Below, piece by piece: positions 58,742 through 64,000 of a stretch of DNA of 64,000 nucleotides; the first letter of the stretch is position 1; every line of letters begins with the position of its first letter. Both the position numbers and the translations under genes were made by a program. This DNA comes from a candidate division WOR-3 bacterium. Lineage in GTDB: Bacteria > Hydrothermota > Hydrothermia > UBA1063 > CAJXJZ01. Below the pieces are notes generated by a model. It searched no databases. It was not told the origin of the DNA and was given only the letters and a program-made list of their open reading frames with translations. The stretch is from positions 7,606 to 71,605 of the forward strand of contig JALVYB010000098.1 in the NCBI GenBank assembly GCA_027038175.1, given 5' to 3'.

Positions 58742-59734
58742 ATGCCTGCCAATTTAACACCACAATATCTCGCCGCTGAAGAGGAGTATAGAAAAGCACG
58801 GACAATAGAAGAAAAAATTGCTGCCCTGCGGAAGATGTGGGCATATTTGCCCAAACATAAGGGGACTGACAAACTTCAGGCAGATATAAAGGCAAAACTA
58901 TCAAGGCTAAAAAAGGAACTTGAGCAGGAGAAGAAGTCCGGCAAAAAGCGAACAGGCTTTTATGTTAGAAAAGAGGGAGCAGGCCAGGTTGTACTTGTAG
59001 GACCACCTAATACAGGCAAATCATCTCTTTTAAAATCCCTCACAGGTAAGGAAGTTCAAATTGCAGAATATCCATTTACCACGCAGATGCCGGATGTTGC
59101 CATGATGCCCTATGAGGATATTCAGATACAGATTGTAGACCTACCACCTATTACAAAAGAGAGGTTTGTTTACTGGCAGATTGATATAATAAGAGGTGCA
59201 GACCTTGTCCTTATTGTTCTTGCACTGGATGATGGGGATTCTGTTTTTGTATTTGATGACCTTTTAGAACTTCTTAGAGAAAAAAACATAATTCCTATTG
59301 GTGAGGGAGAGGGAGGAATGGAGTTGTTCGGCCCTGTCAAAAAGAGAACGCTTGTTGTGGCCAACAAAAGTGACCTTCCGGAGTCTGATGAAATACTTAA
59401 GTTTCTTAAAGAAGATGTGGTGAAAGGGAGATACCCGGTATATGCTGTGAGTTCTGCTAAAGGAAAAGGGATTGAGAATATAAAAAACGTTATATTCGAT
59501 TCGCTTGACATTATAAGAGTGTATACAAAGGAACCAGGGAAACCACCTTCCATGGAAGACCCGCTTATTTTAAAGAAGGGTAGTAATGTTAAAGATGCCG
59601 CAGCCAGAATACACAAGGATTTCGCCAGGAATCTTAAGTACGCAAAGGTGTGGGGTTCCTCAAAGTTTCCGGGTCAAAGAGTAGAGCAGGACTACGTATT
59701 GAAGGATAAAGATATTGTTGAGTTCCACATATGA
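58742..59734 (+). CDS. DRG/Rbg-type GTPase with C-terminal TGS domain (Obg-HflX superfamily)
   Basis: 330 aa with G1 (GPPNTGKSSLL) and G2-region (YPFTT) motifs, and a C-terminal TGS-like ...IRVYTKEPGKP...VGSSKFPGQRV. Confidence 0.7.
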   Translation: MPANLTPQYLAAEEEYRKARTIEEKIAALRKMWAYLPKHKGTDKLQADIKAKLSRLKKELEQEKKSGKKRTGFYVRKEGAGQVVLVGPPNTGKSSLLKSLTGKEVQIAEYPFTTQMPDVAMMPYEDIQIQIVDLPPITKERFVYWQIDIIRGADLVLIVLALDDGDSVFVFDDLLELLREKNIIPIGEGEGGMELFGPVKKRTLVVANKSDLPESDEILKFLKEDVVKGRYPVYAVSSAKGKGIENIKNVIFDSLDIIRVYTKEPGKPPSMEDPLILKKGSNVKDAAARIHKDFARNLKYAKVWGSSKFPGQRVEQDYVLKDKDIVEFHI

Positions 59735-59803
59735 GGTTTGCATTATGATTAAAAGGCTTTATAATAAGAACAAAATGCAATTAAAAACGAATGGAGGGAT
59801 AAA

Positions 59804-60769
59804 GTGATAAGTTTTTTGTTAGTAATGCTAACAGTTGTCCCGGTGTTAGATATAAATTATGGAGATACGCTTACCCAGGGCGAAGTTGACACTATCTACA
59901 TAAGAGCAACTGACTCCCAGGGAATTGCTCTTCAAAATGTTGAGGTTACCTTTCATATGTCGCAGGCAGGAATTGTCACACTTGCAGATTCTGTCGTTTT
60001 TACGGATACCAGTGGTAGTGCAGAAAATGTTATGCAGGCACGTTCTCCCGGAAATGTTGATATATATGTGAGAGGCGTTCATGAGGTGGACACCACGTAT
60101 GATACCCTTACGGTCTTTGTGCTCGATAGTTCACTTCATTTTTACATTTCTGTGTATCCGGGTAAGGACAGAATTTATTCCAATGAGCAGGATACGGTAT
60201 ATGCACATCTTTCATCCCCGGATTCTCTTGTTGCAGGTAGAACCATATATTTTGATGTGATAAAGGGGAGTGGAAGTGTGTTCCCACAGTCCACAAATAC
60301 GGATATAAATGGTTATGCCCAGACGGTTTTTTCTCCGTACGTCGGAGATACCGTATTTGTTGAAGGTTATTTCCTGGATTACAATAACCGCAAAATAGCG
60401 GATACCACGAGGATTATTGTGCTTCCGAGTGAGGTGGATACACAGCGTGCATTCAGTGATAGTTTGTTTTTCTATCCTTCTCCCATTGGACATGGCACTG
60501 ACCATGCCAGTATAGAGTATCTTGTTCCGAACAATATTTCCATGGTTGAGGTAAGAATCCTTGACCCCTTTGGCAACACCGTGTATTTAAAAAAGATAAA
60601 TTCGGGGGAGAGTGGCGCTATTGCGGGTTCGTGGAATAGAATAGAGTGGGATGGTAAAAACAACCACGGGAAAAAGGTTGCATCAGGGATGTACATACTG
60701 GTTGTGAGGATTTATAGAAATACTGCTTTGTTACATGAGTTAATTAAAAGGGTAGGTGTGGAATGGTAG
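59804..60769 (+). CDS. surface protein with Big_1-like Ig domains and C-terminal FlgD-like Ig domain
   Basis: 321 aa from a GTG start. Two ...TDSQG/TDTSG...NV... invasin-type Ig repeats. C-terminus: VEVRILDPFGNTVY...WDGKNNHGKKVASGMYILVVR. Confidence 0.5.
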   Translation: MISFLLVMLTVVPVLDINYGDTLTQGEVDTIYIRATDSQGIALQNVEVTFHMSQAGIVTLADSVVFTDTSGSAENVMQARSPGNVDIYVRGVHEVDTTYDTLTVFVLDSSLHFYISVYPGKDRIYSNEQDTVYAHLSSPDSLVAGRTIYFDVIKGSGSVFPQSTNTDINGYAQTVFSPYVGDTVFVEGYFLDYNNRKIADTTRIIVLPSEVDTQRAFSDSLFFYPSPIGHGTDHASIEYLVPNNISMVEVRILDPFGNTVYLKKINSGESGAIAGSWNRIEWDGKNNHGKKVASGMYILVVRIYRNTALLHELIKRVGVEW

Positions 60770-61950
60770 GCACAATATTATATATGTTCATATCTTTTGT
60801 CGGTGGATATACAGGGTATGTGCTTGATTATGGATATGGAGCCAGAGCCTTTGCTATGGGTTCCTCTTATTATGGTATGAGCGGTGATGTTATTTCCGGT
60901 GCGTATAATCCTGCGTCACTTGGATTCCTTATGGAAAATGGACTGAGCGTAACTTATGCACCCCTTGAGTTTGATGAAACTTTTACCTCTCTTGTGTTTT
61001 CCAAGGTTGTAAGTGGCAATTTGAACTATGCTGTGTTTATGGCCGGGCTTAATACCCCTGGATTTGAAGGCAGAGACCTGAACAACTATCATACGGGAAC
61101 ATACTGGTTTGTTCAGTATGGTGGTGGTGTATCTGTGGGAAGAAGGTTGAGTGACCCCATAGCTCTTGGCATAAAAATAAAGTTTCTATACTCCAGGATA
61201 AGGACCGATGTGGGAGCCGGTTTTGGAGCAGATGCAGGCATGTACTACGTTTTCAATGATTACTTAAGGGGCGGGCTTGTGTTAAAAAATATTATTCCTA
61301 TGAGTGTTTCCTATCTTGGAGAAAGAGAGAGGGCCCCAATTGGGTTAATAAGTGGATGGGATATAAGACCAACCTCTTTCCTGCATTTTACAGTGGATTT
61401 TGCTTATTCACCATTTTACGGTTTTCAAACCTCATTTGGTGGTGAAGGGAATTTTCTTGATATATTCAGTGTGAGGGGAGGTATTAATTCACGGGAAATA
61501 ACAGGAGGGATAGGAGTATCCAGGGATTATAAGAATTATACAGTGAAACTGGATTATTCCTATGCCATGCCGCGGGGGATTACGGTTTTTCATGATATGC
61601 ATAGACTCTCTTTAACATTTAATTTCGGAGGTTATCGTGTTTATGCCGTTTCAGAACCCTCAGTTTTGAGCATAACCGATGAAAACGCAGTGGCGAAAAT
61701 AAGGTTGCATATCAATCTTCCCTACAGAGTAAACCAGTGGTCTTTGACTATAAAGACTCGTGGCGGGGAGTTTGTCAGGAAGTTTGAAGGAAAGAATACT
61801 CCTCCGCTTGTTCTTATGTGGGACGCAAGGGATATAAACGGTATGATAGTGCCCGACGGAACCTATATGTACGAACTCAGGGTTGTAGATGAGTACGGTA
61901 ACGAGTATGTAAAAACGGGAAAACTTGTTAAAGTAAGGCTTGCGTTATGA
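60763..61950 (+). CDS. predicted outer-membrane beta-barrel (FadL/PorV-like N-terminal signature) with C-terminal FlgD-like Ig domain
   Basis: 395 aa. GARAFAMGSSYYGMSGDVISGAYNPASLGF resembles FadL/PorV-family N-termini. C-terminus: ...LMWDARDINGMIVPDGTYMYELRV. Confidence 0.4.
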   Translation: MVGTILYMFISFVGGYTGYVLDYGYGARAFAMGSSYYGMSGDVISGAYNPASLGFLMENGLSVTYAPLEFDETFTSLVFSKVVSGNLNYAVFMAGLNTPGFEGRDLNNYHTGTYWFVQYGGGVSVGRRLSDPIALGIKIKFLYSRIRTDVGAGFGADAGMYYVFNDYLRGGLVLKNIIPMSVSYLGERERAPIGLISGWDIRPTSFLHFTVDFAYSPFYGFQTSFGGEGNFLDIFSVRGGINSREITGGIGVSRDYKNYTVKLDYSYAMPRGITVFHDMHRLSLTFNFGGYRVYAVSEPSVLSITDENAVAKIRLHINLPYRVNQWSLTIKTRGGEFVRKFEGKNTPPLVLMWDARDINGMIVPDGTYMYELRVVDEYGNEYVKTGKLVKVRLAL

Positions 61951-64000
61951 TTGCTTTTTTACTTGGACTTTTTCTGGTTGGACGTGGTGCTGTATCGCAT
62001 GATACCACCTCCTTAAGGGAGCGGTATCTGTATATAGAACATCTGCTGGATGCCGGAAAATACGAAGAGGCACTCTCTGTATTTAAGAAGAGTTTTCATG
62101 TATTTAGCGGCTCTCCGTACGAAACAGAGGCTGCTTTTCTGTATTCAGAGCTGTATTACAATGCGGGGTATAAAGATGAATTCCTCAAACTCGCCAGGAA
62201 AATGGAGAAGAAGGTTAAAGGTACTTATCTTGAGCCAGAACTCTATTACAATCTTGCTGTGTATTATCTTGTTAACGGTTTTACCGATAGGGCTTTTGAA
62301 TACATAAGCAAACTTGAAGGTTTTGCAGACTACAAAAACTCAAGCAGAGACTACTTTTTGAGAGGGCTTTTGCAGTATATAAAAGGAAACTACCTGGAAT
62401 CTATAAAGTTCTTTGAGAAAACCAATGTTCCATGGGGTAAACTCTTTGAGGGCAGGGCGTACGCATTTACCGGAAATCCGAAAGAGGCCATATACCTTTA
62501 TAGAGCCATGTTGGATAGTTTTCAGAACACAAAACTTGAGGGGGCTATAAAATATGGAATAGTGGAGGCGCTGTTTATTTACAGTGACTATCAGGGTGTT
62601 GTGTTAAAAGGAGAGGAGTTTCTAAAAGATTTCCCGGACCATGCCCTTTTCGATTACGTTAAATATCTTGTGGGAGTGTCTTATTACAAACTTGGTAAAT
62701 ACGAGGAGTCTATAAAACAACTTTTACCGCTTGCCCAGAAAGTTTCATTTGAGTATGCTCCCCTCTCAGCGTATTTTGTGGGAAACGCAAAGATGAGAGA
62801 GGGTAAATATGAAGATGCTATTAAATACTTCCAGAGAGCGAGGTCTCAGGTTTTGAATAGTGACCTTCAGGTTCTATCCTTTTTCAGAATAGCCCAGTGT
62901 TACTATCTTGCTGGAGATACCTCGAATCTGAAACTGGCGGTTATTCAACTTAAAACCCTTCTTCCCGGTGGAATTTTAGGTGGAATGGGCCCGTATTTCG
63001 CAGGAGCTGTTGACTTTGAAAAGGGGTTATATGCGCTTTCAGAGTCAGAATTTAAAGACCTTGTGGAAAACAACTTTGTCACTGCTCTCCGTTATCCTGC
63101 TATAACTTACTATTTTGCGTCTTTACTTCGTGAAAAGAGGGCCGATAAACTTGCCACCATAAGTGCTGTGTTTGCTGAAGAACTCAATAAGAGTAATGAC
63201 CTCTGGGCGGGTTGGGCAAATCTCCTGCGGGCTGAAGCTCTTTATAGAACGTCCAGATATGAAGAGGCTGAAAAGGTGTATCTTTCCATTATATCAAAAT
63301 ATAGGGCGAGGAATCTTGTGGGAAATGCCAAGGTATCCCTTGGATGGACATATATTGCTGAGGGTCGTTACAACAATGCAGAAGAAGTACTCAATGAGGT
63401 TGCGGAAATATATACGGATACTCTTTTTGTGATTCAGGCGCATATGGGACTTGGAGTTGTATATTTTAACAATGGGGATTATAAGGATGCCTACAAAGAG
63501 TTTGCAGCAATAAGCAACACGTTCACGGATATGGACTGGATAACACCGTATGCTCTGTATTATAAGGGATTTGCACTTTATGCGATGAAGGCTTATGGGG
63601 ATGCAGTGAGTGTGTGGGAGAATCTCATAAAGAGATTCGGTTCATCTCCTATATGCGAGGAGGCTGCTTACAGACTTGCAGATACCTATAGCAAGGCAGG
63701 GGAGTATACGAAATCCAACATTTATATAGACTGGTTACTCAAGAGTTTCCCTGATGGGAAAAGGGCTCCACGCGCCCAGCTCCTGAAGGCACAGAATTAC
63801 TTCAATATGAAGAACTTTGAAAAAGCAATAGAAGAATATCAGAAGTTCCTCAAATTATATCCAGATGATGAACTAAGAAGTGCAGCACAAACAGGTATGT
63901 CGCAGGCCTTTTACTACCAGAGTCAGAATGATCCGGATGCTCTTAAAAAGTTTACTAAAAAGTTCCCGACAAGTGAATATGCTGCACAGGCTATTTATGA
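61947..64000 (+). CDS. TPR-repeat protein, 3'-partial (not in the supplied ORF track)
   Basis: Hand-translated frame with no stop from the ATG at 61947 (overlapping the previous stop, ATGA) to the window end, over 684 codons. Contains many 34-aa TPR-like units (...EEALSVFKK..., ...YEESIKQL..., ...YEEAEKVY..., ...FEKAIEEYQKFLKLYP...). Confidence 0.6.
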   Translation, partial: MIAFLLGLFLVGRGAVSHDTTSLRERYLYIEHLLDAGKYEEALSVFKKSFHVFSGSPYETEAAFLYSELYYNAGYKDEFLKLARKMEKKVKGTYLEPELYYNLAVYYLVNGFTDRAFEYISKLEGFADYKNSSRDYFLRGLLQYIKGNYLESIKFFEKTNVPWGKLFEGRAYAFTGNPKEAIYLYRAMLDSFQNTKLEGAIKYGIVEALFIYSDYQGVVLKGEEFLKDFPDHALFDYVKYLVGVSYYKLGKYEESIKQLLPLAQKVSFEYAPLSAYFVGNAKMREGKYEDAIKYFQRARSQVLNSDLQVLSFFRIAQCYYLAGDTSNLKLAVIQLKTLLPGGILGGMGPYFAGAVDFEKGLYALSESEFKDLVENNFVTALRYPAITYYFASLLREKRADKLATISAVFAEELNKSNDLWAGWANLLRAEALYRTSRYEEAEKVYLSIISKYRARNLVGNAKVSLGWTYIAEGRYNNAEEVLNEVAEIYTDTLFVIQAHMGLGVVYFNNGDYKDAYKEFAAISNTFTDMDWITPYALYYKGFALYAMKAYGDAVSVWENLIKRFGSSPICEEAAYRLADTYSKAGEYTKSNIYIDWLLKSFPDGKRAPRAQLLKAQNYFNMKNFEKAIEEYQKFLKLYPDDELRSAAQTGMSQAFYYQSQNDPDALKKFTKKFPTSEYAAQAIY

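Noticed and set aside
62050-62307. 85-aa ORF, and the 63163..63432 ORF, in the ORF track
   Set aside because: Both are out of frame within the long TPR gene that I translated by hand from 61947 without stops. The TPR frame is far better supported.
1-64000. CRISPR arrays, tRNA or rRNA genes, IS elements
   Set aside because: I scanned the intergenic regions (7242-7370, 11415-11569, 30518-30569, 41544-41625, 43876-44086, 59735-59803) and found no regularly spaced direct repeats, no tRNA-like T-arm/acceptor signatures, and no transposase-like ORFs. The intergenic regions are short and promoter-like.

Overview
This 64 kb window looks like a chromosomal segment from an AT-rich (roughly 40% GC by eye), probably anaerobic bacterium, with about 65 protein-coding genes. 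No rRNA, tRNA or CRISPR array was recognisable by eye.

Core content, in order:
- A partial HD-hydrolase gene, then rpe, rpsP, a KH-domain gene, rimM and trmD, followed by an insertion and then rplS.
- An oxidative-stress cluster: peroxiredoxin, superoxide reductase, a rubrerythrin-like diiron protein, a flavin-reductase/rubredoxin fusion, and a small rubredoxin missing from the ORF track.
- A long minus-strand run (30.5 kb down to 14.1 kb): PolX, two sugar ABC permeases, a lone gcvPB, and a complete Wzx/Wzy-type polysaccharide cluster (UDP-sugar dehydrogenase, Wza-like exporter, Wzz-like, Wzx, Wzy-like, two GT4 transferases).
- A plus-strand operon for a saccharopine-type lysine pathway (LKR, SDH) joined to a two-subunit opine/sarcosine-oxidase-like flavoenzyme and a GT4 transferase.
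- Housekeeping genes: cinA, cobB sirtuin, xerC-like, trmFO, fabG, fabD, recO, Nudix, rlmI-like, CCA/polyA polymerase family, accB, efp, pepP, pth, rplY, purA and a DRG/TGS-type GTPase.
- Several large secreted proteins with a T9SS-type C-terminal sorting domain or FlgD-like Ig domains, predicted beta-barrel outer-membrane proteins, and a long TPR protein that runs off the window end and is absent from the ORF track.

The most striking feature is a 2.4 kb low-GC insertion (2809..5258) that splits the otherwise universal trmD-rplS linkage.
- It carries a CcrM/HinfI-family (GANTC-type) beta-class N6-adenine methyltransferase with four independent inactivating lesions: DPPY changed to VPPY, a -1 frameshift, a degenerate motif I, and a premature stop.
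- Downstream sit two intact, translationally coupled nuclease-like ORFs: one with a HARE-HTH-like N-terminus, one with a clear D-x13-EQK PD-(D/E)xK core.
- This looks like a decaying, or possibly re-purposed, restriction-modification-like module.

Other points of interest:
- A textbook sigma-70 promoter (TTGACA-17-TATAAT) overlaps a PerR/Fur-type 7-1-7 box upstream of the peroxiredoxin.
- A ~290 bp tandem intragenic duplication lies within a lamin-tail-domain surface protein.
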